Shown here one piece after another: positions 49,680 through 58,696 of a stretch of DNA of 58,766 bases. How positions within the stretch are numbered: the stretch's first letter is position 1; each line of letters begins with the position of its first letter. The position numbers and the translations under genes were made by a program. The stretch lies in assembly GCA_021734135.1 (NCBI GenBank), contig JAIPJO010000001.1, positions 1 to 58,766 on the forward strand, read 5' to 3'. The notes below the pieces were generated by a model. That model did no database searches. It worked only from the letters and a program-made list of their open reading frames with translations, and was not told the origin of the DNA. The stretch comes from Patescibacteria group bacterium (GTDB lineage Bacteria; Patescibacteriota; Patescibacteriia; Patescibacteriales; UBA12465).

Positions 49680-52331
49680 ATGAAATTTAAATTTTTCATT
49701 TTCATATTTGGACTAGCAGTATTAGGTTTTGTTTTTTTTGCATCTCCAGTATCAGCTTTAGATACTGGTGTTAATGCTGTGAACAATTCAATCGAATTAT
49801 CACAAGAAGATCCTAGAACTGTGGTGGGTAGAATTATTAATATAGCTATATTGTTTTTAGGTGTTATTGCGGTAGGTATTATAATTATTGCTGGTTTCAA
49901 ATGGATGATGGCTGGAGGAGATGAAGAGAAAATTAATAGTGCTAAAAAACTATTAAAAAATGGAGTTATTGGTTTAGTTATAGTTTTATCCTCTTGGGGT
50001 ATAGCTACTTTTATTTTAAACAGATTATTGGGCGCTACTGATAATGGTGGTATAAACATGGGCACAGATGATGGTAATAGTGGTATAATAGGGTCTGGTG
50101 CTATTGGTTCATGTTCAGTGCAAAGTGTGTATCCTGAACCCTCACAGAAAGATGTAGCTAGAAATACAGCCATACTTATAGAATTTAAAGAAGAATTAAA
50201 TTTAGAAACTTTTTGTTTAGATACTAATGGAGATGGTGATTACTGCAATAGTGGTGATAAAATAAATCCTGAAAATATACATATATATGAGCAAAACAAT
50301 GGAGATGCTTGTGATGATGGAGATTGTAATAATAATATAACAGATGTTTATGCTACAGTTTCTGATAATGGCTTATCTTTTGCTTTAGCGCCAGCTAATC
50401 ATTTGGGTTCATCAGATTCAAAAACTTGGCATACAGTCTATTTGTCAAATGCTATAGAAAAAGCTGATCAAGGTAATATATTTGATAATTGTAGCACTGA
50501 TTATTTAGAGTGGAGTTTTGAAGTGGGTACTTTTTTAGATTTAACACCTCCTCAGGTAACTAGTGTTTTTCCAGCACCTGATAATGGCAAAGATAGTGTT
50601 AGTAGTACTAGTTATCAGGCGGCTACTGGCAGTATTACAGTTTTAGGTGAATTAGATACTTATACTTCAGCTAGTGTTGATAGTGTTGTTAAAAATGATG
50701 AAGGTGAAGGTGCTAATTGGGACGAGGCTAGTGCTGAAATTTCTGAAGATTACCATCAACAAATCGAAATTTTTACTGTTCAAGTTACAAATGGAGGTTC
50801 TCAAGCTGCATTATATGATAATAATAGTAATTTGGTAGCGCAAGGTGTTTTTAATAATAATGAAGTAGTTTTTGATAATTATTTTACTCTTACCGTTAGT
50901 GGTGATACTTATTCAGATGGTAGTTCTTGGTTAGTTAATGTTACACCCGAAGTGTTAGCAGATTCTTTAACTGTTGGTTCTCAAACTTATGTTGTAAGTG
51001 AAGATGAAGGTGCTAATAAAATTGAACTTAGTAGTGATGTTAATGAACAAGCTCAAAATATTTATATTACTTTAAGTGGACATCCTAATGTAGAAGCTTC
51101 ACATGATGGCGATACAATTAATTTAGAGGCAAAAGTTCAAGGTGAAGAGGGTAATAATATTATTTTAAATAGTTCAGCTACTAATTTAGATATTACTTCA
51201 ATGTCTGGAGGTGTAACAGGGCAAGAGATACAAAATACTGATGATAAAAAAGATCAACCTCGTAATTCAATTATACAAATTAATTTTAATGAAGCTATAA
51301 ATCCAGCTACAATCTCTGGCTCTGCTTCTAATATTTCTAATTTTCTAAGGATTATTAATTTTAAAAATGGCGCATCTAATTCCGGTAATACTTGTGTAGA
51401 TGATAGTGATTGCTTGTCATATAATTGTAATGAAAATATTTGTGAAGGTGATTATTTAGATGGTAATTTTGTGGTTTCTAATCAATTTAAAACAGTAGAA
51501 TTTATTTCTAATAACGAATGTGGTGTTAATGGCTGTGGTGAAACTATTTATTGTCTTCCTGGCTCTAGCAATCTAGCAGTGGTTTTAGTAGCTTCTGATT
51601 TGAAGAGTTGTGCTAGTGATAATGATTGTGTTTCTCATTCTCCATTTAATAATTGTGAAGATACTGGATTAGATGATAATGTTTGTCAAGATGATGAAGG
51701 TAGTAATTATCCCGCTAGTGATCCAGGTGATGGATTAACTGGTATTTTAGATGCAGCCCTTAATTCTTTAGACGGAAATAGTGATGGTGTGGCTGATGGG
51801 CCTTTAAGTTTTTACTATGAAAACATTGAAACTAGTGAAGGTAAAGATAATTATATGTGGAGCTTTTATATTAACGATAATATTGAAATTTCTGCACCTA
51901 AAATAAATACTATTAGTCCTGAACTTGACGATGAAGGTGTAAATTTAGATGATCCAGTGGTGGTAGAATTTGATAAATTAATGAGTAGTACTTCCTTAAA
52001 AAGTGGTAGTACAATAATTAAACAAGGTGATAAAGAATATGAGCATCAATTAATTAATCTTAGAGGTTCTAGCCCATATGGTTTGGGTTATTGGATTAAT
52101 ACCGAAAATACAGATATAGCTCCTTTAGACGGACAAGCAGATGTCACTTCCGCTATTATTAAGCATTCATTATTTAGTGATGCTTTAACTCATATTGCAG
52201 AAGTTGGTTCTGGAGTAAGAGATATATATCAAAATTGTTATAAACCAAGCAGTGGTCCTGATTGTGTTGCTAGTGATTTAAATCCAAGTTGTTGCTCTGG
52301 TGTAGCTAGTGAAAATTGTGATAATAATTAA
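49680..52331 (+). CDS. Large surface protein: signal peptide, VirB2/TrbC-pilin-like two-helix module, then Ig-like (SbsA/Big_5-type) and Cys-rich ectodomain
   Basis: 883 aa. SP ...ASPVSA|LD. Helix-loop-helix VVGRIINIAILFLGVIAVGIIIIAGFKWMM-GGDEEKINSAKKLLKNG-VIGLVIVLSSWGIATF. Repeated P-x-(D/N)-x-x-x-V-x-x-x-x-x-I-x-I-x-F segments (e.g. QPRNSIIQINFNEAINPATI). Cys clusters. Confidence 0.75.
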   Translation: MKFKFFIFIFGLAVLGFVFFASPVSALDTGVNAVNNSIELSQEDPRTVVGRIINIAILFLGVIAVGIIIIAGFKWMMAGGDEEKINSAKKLLKNGVIGLVIVLSSWGIATFILNRLLGATDNGGINMGTDDGNSGIIGSGAIGSCSVQSVYPEPSQKDVARNTAILIEFKEELNLETFCLDTNGDGDYCNSGDKINPENIHIYEQNNGDACDDGDCNNNITDVYATVSDNGLSFALAPANHLGSSDSKTWHTVYLSNAIEKADQGNIFDNCSTDYLEWSFEVGTFLDLTPPQVTSVFPAPDNGKDSVSSTSYQAATGSITVLGELDTYTSASVDSVVKNDEGEGANWDEASAEISEDYHQQIEIFTVQVTNGGSQAALYDNNSNLVAQGVFNNNEVVFDNYFTLTVSGDTYSDGSSWLVNVTPEVLADSLTVGSQTYVVSEDEGANKIELSSDVNEQAQNIYITLSGHPNVEASHDGDTINLEAKVQGEEGNNIILNSSATNLDITSMSGGVTGQEIQNTDDKKDQPRNSIIQINFNEAINPATISGSASNISNFLRIINFKNGASNSGNTCVDDSDCLSYNCNENICEGDYLDGNFVVSNQFKTVEFISNNECGVNGCGETIYCLPGSSNLAVVLVASDLKSCASDNDCVSHSPFNNCEDTGLDDNVCQDDEGSNYPASDPGDGLTGILDAALNSLDGNSDGVADGPLSFYYENIETSEGKDNYMWSFYINDNIEISAPKINTISPELDDEGVNLDDPVVVEFDKLMSSTSLKSGSTIIKQGDKEYEHQLINLRGSSPYGLGYWINTENTDIAPLDGQADVTSAIIKHSLFSDALTHIAEVGSGVRDIYQNCYKPSSGPDCVASDLNPSCCSGVASENCDNN
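49755..50015 (+). repeat. Copy 1 of a ~260-nt direct repeat encoding the pilin-like module
   Basis: By eye roughly 85-90% identical to 52424-52690, with identical runs of about 35-45 nt (e.g. taatagtgctaaaaaactattaaaaaatggagttattggttta). Confidence 0.8.
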
Positions 52332-52342
52332 TAAAAAGCACA

Positions 52343-55300
52343 ATGTTTAAGCGAAAAATTCATATATTAATATTACTAATTATAGCTTTAGCTTTATTTT
52401 TAGTACCAGCTGAAACTGTGGAAGCTTTAGATACTGGTGTTAATGCTGTAAATAACAGTGTTGAATTGGGACAAGAAGACCCTAGAACTGTGGTAGGTAG
52501 GATTATTAATATAGCCATATTATTTTTAGGTATTATTGCGGTAGGTATTATAATTATTGCTGGTTTTAAGTGGATGATGGCAGAAGGAGAAGAGGAAAAG
52601 GTTAATAGTGCTAAAAAACTATTAAAAAATGGAGTTATTGGTTTAATTATAGTTTTATCTTCTTGGGGTATAGCTACTTTTGTTTTATCAAGAGTAATGA
52701 ACTCTACTGGTAATTCTAACCCATCAAATACAGGATGTAGTGATGGTGAAGTAATTGAGTGTGGTTGTGGTGGAACTAGAGTTTGCATTGATGGTTCTTG
52801 GGGGCTTTGTGTTGGCTCTGATTGTAGTTCTGATAGTAATAAATCTTGTGATGGAAACACTTTAACTGATGTTTGTAATCAAGATAATAGTATTTGTGAT
52901 GATAATTCATTTTGTAATCAAGATTGTTTTTGTGAAGAGCTAGGAGGAATTGGTGATGCTTGCGAGGCTGATATTCAAAGTGAAGAAGGTGTTTGTAGTC
53001 AACCAAGTGATGAAATGTGTGGAAATTATTTGACCTGTGATGCGGATACTTGTACTTGCCAAGGTTCACCTGTAATTACATCAATTAGTCCTTATGGAGG
53101 GTTTTGTGAAAATGATGTTAATTCTCCATGTGTTCAAGATTCAGATTGTGGCACTGAAGGAGAAGTTTGTAATTTAGAAACACCAAATGGTGCCAGTGGT
53201 AATTTAATTAGCATACACGGACATAATTTTTCAACTAGCACAGAACTTATATTTCTTGGTGATTTAAATAATGAAAATGATAATACTTTGGCTGTTGATC
53301 CTAATCAAGTAAATTCAAATTGTAGTGGAGTTCTAAGTGATAATTTAATTATTGCAGTAGTTCCAAGTGGAGCTAATTCAGGACCTATTGCAGTAAGGAG
53401 TATTGATGATAATTTATCTGATAATACTTATAACGATTTAGGTCCATATATAGATGATTTTGTAATTAATAATATTGAACGACCTGGACTTTGTACTTTA
53501 GATCCTAAGCAAGGCGTCTTAACTGATGAGATACAATATCAAGGTTTGAGATTAAATTCTAGTGATGCTTATTTTGGAACTTATAATCAAAAATCTAGAG
53601 GTCTAAGTTCTAGTTTTTCTCAAACTAGTGGTACAAGTTTGGTTCCTAATATTCAAGAGGGGAAAATGACAACTTTCGTTATTAAAGATTTTAGTGGATT
53701 TCCGGTAAAAAGTAATTATCTTGATTTTACTAAAGAACCTGAGGCTGATGCAGGTCCATATATTACTTCTTTGTCACCAGAAATTGGAGCTCCAGGTCAG
53801 TATGTTACTATTACAGGTTCTGGTTTTGGAAATGTTAGAGGTTTTAATCAAGTACTTTTTGGTAATTATGAAGCTAGTTATGATTTCCCTAGTGTTTGTC
53901 AGTCTTCAGTTTGGACTGATAAAGAAGTGATTGTAAAAGTGCCTGAAAATGCTGAAGATGGTACTTATGCTATTAACATGGAAATAGATGAATGGGAAAT
54001 TAATTCTAATGAAGCTAATCCTAATGCCTTTATTGTAGATAGTAGTCAAAATTTAAAACCTAGTTTATGTAAAATTGAACCAATTAGAGGGCCTACAAAT
54101 TCTCCGGTAACTTTATATGGAGAATATTTTGGTGAAATAAATACGCAAGCTATAGTTGATTTTTATTATAATAAAAGAGAAAATTCAGAAATTTTAGCTG
54201 AAAATGATTATTTATATTTAGAAACTCAAGTTCCTCAAAATGCTAGTACTGGACCTGTTAAGGTAATAAAAGATTCTGAAGCAGGTAATTCTTTGGATTT
54301 TTCTGTTGAACAATGTGAAGTTAATGATGATTGTGGTAATCAAATATGTTGTCCTGCAGGAACATACAAAGAAGGAAGATGTGAGAATGAAGGTACTAAT
54401 AGTATTTATGAGAATTGTTATGTAGATATTCCTAGTTCAATGTATCAATGGAATTTTAGTACTGGTTGGGAAAATCCTGATAATTATTATAGTTGTGAAG
54501 GAATGGCTAAGGCTATGGGAGCTTGTCAGGTAGATGAGTTTTGCCCTAATTCACCTGGAAAGTGTTCTATATATCCTGGAGGTGGTCAAACTGTCTCTAG
54601 TGAGTGTGATTACAGCTGTGACTCTTATCCTGGTTGTGAAGATGAAAATAATTGTCTTTATAATGATGGTTTAGATAAATGTGTGCTTGAGGGTAGTAGT
54701 TGTTATTTATCAGAACAAATTTCATATAGTTTAGGAGATGAAACATATTATACTTATCAAACTTGCCAAGAATATGAAGGAGAAAATGGAACTGCTAATC
54801 GTTTACATATTAATGTAGATAGTTCTTGTCCTGAGAATTGGACTAATATTGGTGATGGTGTTTGTGTTAATGAAAATGAAACATGTTCAGTTTGTGAGGA
54901 TGATAATTTGAGCTGTGTTAATAATGGTCAAGGTGGTGGTGTTTGCGCTACTGATACTATTTGTGATAATGGTGCAATTTGTACTTCTGATGATGTTTGT
55001 GTAATAGATGATGAGGCTACTTGTGAATGTTGTTGTGAGATTGGTGAAGATGAAAGGGATTGTTGTGCACCTTTAAATTGTGATAATTCTTGTGGTAGTG
55101 ATAGAGAGGGTGAAGATACTGATACTTATGGTTATTGTTCGGGTTGTGCCTTTGCTGGAGGTACTCAAGCGGAACAAGATGAAGCTTGTAATTGTTTTCA
55201 TACTAGTGGTAAGTTTTGTGATGTCAGTGAATACTCTGAAGGTATTTGTGTAGATTGTGAAGAATTATCAACACCAGAGCTTTGTAACGCACATGTCGGT

Positions 55301-57844
55301 AGTTGCTGTTATGATGGAGAAAATGATACTTGTAGAGGCATTGATGAAGGTGGAGTTGTTGAGGACACAGATAGTGATTTTACTGGCTATTGTGCTTATT
55401 ATGATTGTAATCAAACTAGTGGAGAATGTAATGTTGGTAATCCTAGTCATGAAGGAGATTATAGTAATCCTTCAACTTGTGAAGAAAATTGTGCTAGTGA
55501 GGACCCTTGTTTAGGTTTAGATGCAACTACTTGTGCAAATAATAGTGATTGTTGTTTTGATGTTAATGGAGTAGATGTAGAAGATGGAGAATGTAGATCA
55601 GGTGAGGATATGGGCGGTGAAGGAGATGATGCATCTTATTGTGCTTATTATAATTGTCAAGAAAATAATAATCTATGTGATTTAGGTAATCCTAATCCTA
55701 ATTTTGAATATGAGGATAAGTTAACATGTCAAGATAATTGTGAAAAAGATCCTTCTAATTTAGGGGCTAGTTGTTCTAGTGAGGAAGAAGGTATTTGTGA
55801 TACTTTTATTTGTGGATCACCTTTTGCTTGTTTAGCGCAAGATGGTAGTGGTGGCAGTAGTAGTGATTGTGGTTTTTGTTGTTGTAATCCTGATAATATT
55901 AATGATGATCCTGAAGCTCCTGATTATGATAGTTGTTTAGATATTAATAGTAATTTAAATTGTGAAGCTAATAGAACTCCTTGTGATGGAGAAAATAGGG
56001 GTTTATGTTGTGGTTGTAGTGCTGATAGTGAATGTGGTGATGAGGGTTTAGTGGGTTGTGGTCTTGATACTTGCTGTAGAAATAGACCACAAGTTGATAC
56101 AGATAAAGGTGTAAATCCTAGTAATATGCAGTCTGATGTATGTAGAAATGTCTTAATTACTGTTCCTTTTGATCAAAAAATGGATAGAACTAGTTTTAAT
56201 AATAATTTAGTTTTACTTGCAGAATATGATTATGGAAGTACTTGTCCTGCAGGTACATTTTTAGCTAATAAAGATTTAGAGGCACCTAAATTTGTGTGGT
56301 GGAAAAAAATAAAATCAAATATTAGTAAAACTTTAAGTCCAATTTTGGCTAGACTAAATTTAAATAGTGCTAGTAGTGCTTTAGCTGAGTGGAATTCTGT
56401 GCCTACTGAAAATGATTTATATTGTTTAGTCCCTGGTACTGTTAGTTATGAAAATAGTCCTAATGGAAATACTACTTTAACTTATTCTTCAAACAAAGTG
56501 CTTGATGCTGATACAGTACATTATGCAATTGTTAAAGGTGATGAAAACCTTGATAGTAATACTGGTGTGAAAAGCTATCAAGATATAGGAATGAATGGTG
56601 AAGGTCTTTGGAGTATTAATGATTCTGGATATATTGAGGGAGAAAATCTTAGTTTTAATGGTATCAATTATCCTAATGCATATATCTGGAAATTTGAGAC
56701 TTTAGATGATCAGGGAGATGATCCAGGTATTTGTAAGGTTGATTATGTAAGAACAGAACCTGATTCATATTTATTTAGTACTACTCAAAATAGTTTAATA
56801 GAAGATGATACTAATCCTGCTGATAATAGTTATGATACGATAAAAGATAGAGATAAAGAATATCATGCTAAAGCTTTTAGTAGCAATGGTCAAAGATTAG
56901 CTAGAACAAGTCAGTATGATTGGGATTGGAATTGGTATATAGATAATATTGATGTGGTTAAATTTATTAATCAAAACTCATCTCAATTTACAGTTTCTAA
57001 TAATAAACAGTTAATAGGTACAGCTGATAATGTTAGTGACGGACAAACATTTGTAAAAGCTACTGTAGACATGAGTAGTTATACTAACAATATTACCAGT
57101 GATGGTGATGGGACTTCTCATGCTGTGCCAGCTTATGTGTTTATTTGTAATAATCCTTGGCCTGCTCCAGATCCAAATACTAATGCTTGGAGTCCTTGGA
57201 TGGATAATTCTCAAAATTGTTTACCGGGTGAGGAATGTGATAGTTATAATTATAATTTTTATTACTGCAGAGATGCGGGTGAAGAAGGAACTCATGATGA
57301 CCTACCAGCTATTATTGATGAAGATGCTGTAATTAGAGGTTCTAGCAAGGTTTGCTCAGATGGTAGTGGTCCTTGTTCTAATGATAGTGATTGTGGAGGC
57401 GCTCAATGTATTTGGGATGTTTTAAAAGAGTCATATTTCTTTAGAGAAAAAGTTCCAGGCATTGGTACAATCTCAGAAGTAGATGATTTAGAAACAGGTG
57501 GTACTTTAAAAGTTTCTTGGTCTTCAGATTCTTATTTAGTTAATAATTACATTTTATATTACAGAGATAAACAAAGTCAGACCTATAGTTTTGCAGAAGT
57601 AGAATTAGATGATAGTTCTAATCCTGATAATCCTAATGCTGGACAAGCTTGTAATGAGCTTGGAGGTGAATATATTTGTAATTATGTAATAAATAATTTA
57701 GAAAATAATAAAACATATTATTTTAAAATAAGTGCTGTTACTAATACAGGAGCAGAAAGTCCTTTATCTAATCAAGTTGTTGGAATACCTACTGATAAAC
57801 AAGCTCCTACAACTCCAATGGGTTTAGGCGCTGAAAGTAATTAA
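52343..57844 (+). CDS. Giant surface protein: same pilin-like N-terminal module, three IPT/TIG-like domains, ~600-aa cysteine-rich region, Ig-like region, C-terminal FN3
   Basis: 1833 aa. SP ...AETVEA|LD. IPT-like starts SPVITSISPYGG, GPYITSLSPEIGAPGQYVTITGSGFG, PSLCKIEPIRGPTNSPVTLYGEYFG. FN3-like end (LKVSWSS...YYFKISAVTNTGAESPLS). Confidence 0.8.
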   Translation: MFKRKIHILILLIIALALFLVPAETVEALDTGVNAVNNSVELGQEDPRTVVGRIINIAILFLGIIAVGIIIIAGFKWMMAEGEEEKVNSAKKLLKNGVIGLIIVLSSWGIATFVLSRVMNSTGNSNPSNTGCSDGEVIECGCGGTRVCIDGSWGLCVGSDCSSDSNKSCDGNTLTDVCNQDNSICDDNSFCNQDCFCEELGGIGDACEADIQSEEGVCSQPSDEMCGNYLTCDADTCTCQGSPVITSISPYGGFCENDVNSPCVQDSDCGTEGEVCNLETPNGASGNLISIHGHNFSTSTELIFLGDLNNENDNTLAVDPNQVNSNCSGVLSDNLIIAVVPSGANSGPIAVRSIDDNLSDNTYNDLGPYIDDFVINNIERPGLCTLDPKQGVLTDEIQYQGLRLNSSDAYFGTYNQKSRGLSSSFSQTSGTSLVPNIQEGKMTTFVIKDFSGFPVKSNYLDFTKEPEADAGPYITSLSPEIGAPGQYVTITGSGFGNVRGFNQVLFGNYEASYDFPSVCQSSVWTDKEVIVKVPENAEDGTYAINMEIDEWEINSNEANPNAFIVDSSQNLKPSLCKIEPIRGPTNSPVTLYGEYFGEINTQAIVDFYYNKRENSEILAENDYLYLETQVPQNASTGPVKVIKDSEAGNSLDFSVEQCEVNDDCGNQICCPAGTYKEGRCENEGTNSIYENCYVDIPSSMYQWNFSTGWENPDNYYSCEGMAKAMGACQVDEFCPNSPGKCSIYPGGGQTVSSECDYSCDSYPGCEDENNCLYNDGLDKCVLEGSSCYLSEQISYSLGDETYYTYQTCQEYEGENGTANRLHINVDSSCPENWTNIGDGVCVNENETCSVCEDDNLSCVNNGQGGGVCATDTICDNGAICTSDDVCVIDDEATCECCCEIGEDERDCCAPLNCDNSCGSDREGEDTDTYGYCSGCAFAGGTQAEQDEACNCFHTSGKFCDVSEYSEGICVDCEELSTPELCNAHVGSCCYDGENDTCRGIDEGGVVEDTDSDFTGYCAYYDCNQTSGECNVGNPSHEGDYSNPSTCEENCASEDPCLGLDATTCANNSDCCFDVNGVDVEDGECRSGEDMGGEGDDASYCAYYNCQENNNLCDLGNPNPNFEYEDKLTCQDNCEKDPSNLGASCSSEEEGICDTFICGSPFACLAQDGSGGSSSDCGFCCCNPDNINDDPEAPDYDSCLDINSNLNCEANRTPCDGENRGLCCGCSADSECGDEGLVGCGLDTCCRNRPQVDTDKGVNPSNMQSDVCRNVLITVPFDQKMDRTSFNNNLVLLAEYDYGSTCPAGTFLANKDLEAPKFVWWKKIKSNISKTLSPILARLNLNSASSALAEWNSVPTENDLYCLVPGTVSYENSPNGNTTLTYSSNKVLDADTVHYAIVKGDENLDSNTGVKSYQDIGMNGEGLWSINDSGYIEGENLSFNGINYPNAYIWKFETLDDQGDDPGICKVDYVRTEPDSYLFSTTQNSLIEDDTNPADNSYDTIKDRDKEYHAKAFSSNGQRLARTSQYDWDWNWYIDNIDVVKFINQNSSQFTVSNNKQLIGTADNVSDGQTFVKATVDMSSYTNNITSDGDGTSHAVPAYVFICNNPWPAPDPNTNAWSPWMDNSQNCLPGEECDSYNYNFYYCRDAGEEGTHDDLPAIIDEDAVIRGSSKVCSDGSGPCSNDSDCGGAQCIWDVLKESYFFREKVPGIGTISEVDDLETGGTLKVSWSSDSYLVNNYILYYRDKQSQTYSFAEVELDDSSNPDNPNAGQACNELGGEYICNYVINNLENNKTYYFKISAVTNTGAESPLSNQVVGIPTDKQAPTTPMGLGAESN
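52424..52690 (+). repeat. Copy 2 of the direct repeat encoding the pilin-like module
   Basis: See 49755-50015. Confidence 0.8.
55283..55760 (+). repeat. Two tandem 249-nt (83-aa) cysteine-rich modules inside the giant gene
   Basis: Module 1 has C..CCYDG...CRG...GYCAYYDCNQTSGECNVGNPSHEGDYSNPSTCEENC. Module 2 has C..CCFDV...CRS...SYCAYYNCQENNNLCDLGNPNPNFEYEDKLTCQDNC. tgtgcttatta recurs at 55391 and 55640. Confidence 0.75.
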
Positions 57845-57847
57845 TAT

Positions 57848-58540
57848 ATGAAAAAGAAAATATATAAAAGTTATTTAATATTATCTTTAGCTATTTTAAG
57901 TATTTTAGTTATAAGTTTTTTTGCTTTTTCTAATTTAGAAAACATTGATAATGATAATTTGGGTTTTCAAGCTGTTTGGGCACAGGATGGTGAGACTATA
58001 AAGTTTACTTGGGCTGAAAACAGTGATGAAGATGTTTCTTCGTACAAACTTTATCATGGTGTAAACAGTGGACAATATGGAGAGTCTTTAAAAACAGAGG
58101 GATCTAATAATTTCTTAGTTTTAGATGTTAGTGATTTTAGTGAGGATAAACATTATTTTGCGGTATCAGCTCTTGATAAAGCAGGTAATGAGAGTAATAA
58201 ATCTACTGAATTAGTTATAGATTTAAGTATTGATGTAAGTAATGAAGATGTTGATACTTGTGGTAACGGTATAGTTGAAACAGATAGAGGAGAGATATGT
58301 GATTCTAATGGTCGCTTATGTGAAGCAGGTTCTGGCTATTTAGGAGAGATGTATTGTAAAAATGATTGTTCTGGTTATCTTTCTACTTGTATAGCTATAG
58401 AAAGATGTGGAGATGGTATTATAAATGGTAATGAAGAATGTGAAGGTACAAATACTGATATTGTTTGCACTGATGGTGTAGATTTAGGTACTTTAACTTG
58501 TAATAATTGTCAGATTGGTAGTTGTGATATTGGTAATTAA
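57848..58540 (+). CDS. Membrane-anchored FN3 protein with C-terminal CGxG(I/V)-type cysteine-rich repeats
   Basis: 230 aa. Signal-anchor helix, FN3-like domain (IKFTWAEN...YFAVSALDKAGNES), then CGNGIVETDRGEICD and CGDGIINGNEECEG repeats. Start is 3 nt after the giant gene's stop. Confidence 0.7.
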   Translation: MKKKIYKSYLILSLAILSILVISFFAFSNLENIDNDNLGFQAVWAQDGETIKFTWAENSDEDVSSYKLYHGVNSGQYGESLKTEGSNNFLVLDVSDFSEDKHYFAVSALDKAGNESNKSTELVIDLSIDVSNEDVDTCGNGIVETDRGEICDSNGRLCEAGSGYLGEMYCKNDCSGYLSTCIAIERCGDGIINGNEECEGTNTDIVCTDGVDLGTLTCNNCQIGSCDIGN

Positions 58541-58696
58541 ATTTGTGCTAATGATTTTGTAGTAAAACAAATAGTTGTTCTAAATGATTATAGTAGTTGT
58601 GTAAATTAGATGATATATAATTTAAAATAAGTTACAGTCTAGAATCTAACGCAACACCCTTGGCACTTAGTGCTAAAGGTGATATATTAGATTTCT

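Noticed and set aside
49667-50173. 168-aa antisense ORF opposite the 5' end of the 883-aa gene; a similar 166-aa ORF lies at 52360-52860 opposite the giant gene
   Set aside because: Both lie exactly antisense to the duplicated hydrophobic pilin-like module. Their similarity to each other follows from the sense-strand repeat. The sense frames have signal peptides and recognisable domains, and the antisense ORFs have no independent start signals.
49755-52690. Diversity-generating retroelement (template/variable repeat pair)
   Set aside because: The differences between the two repeat copies are not adenine-specific. The repeat encodes an N-terminal membrane module and not a C-terminal lectin-type variable region. 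No reverse transcriptase gene is present in the window.
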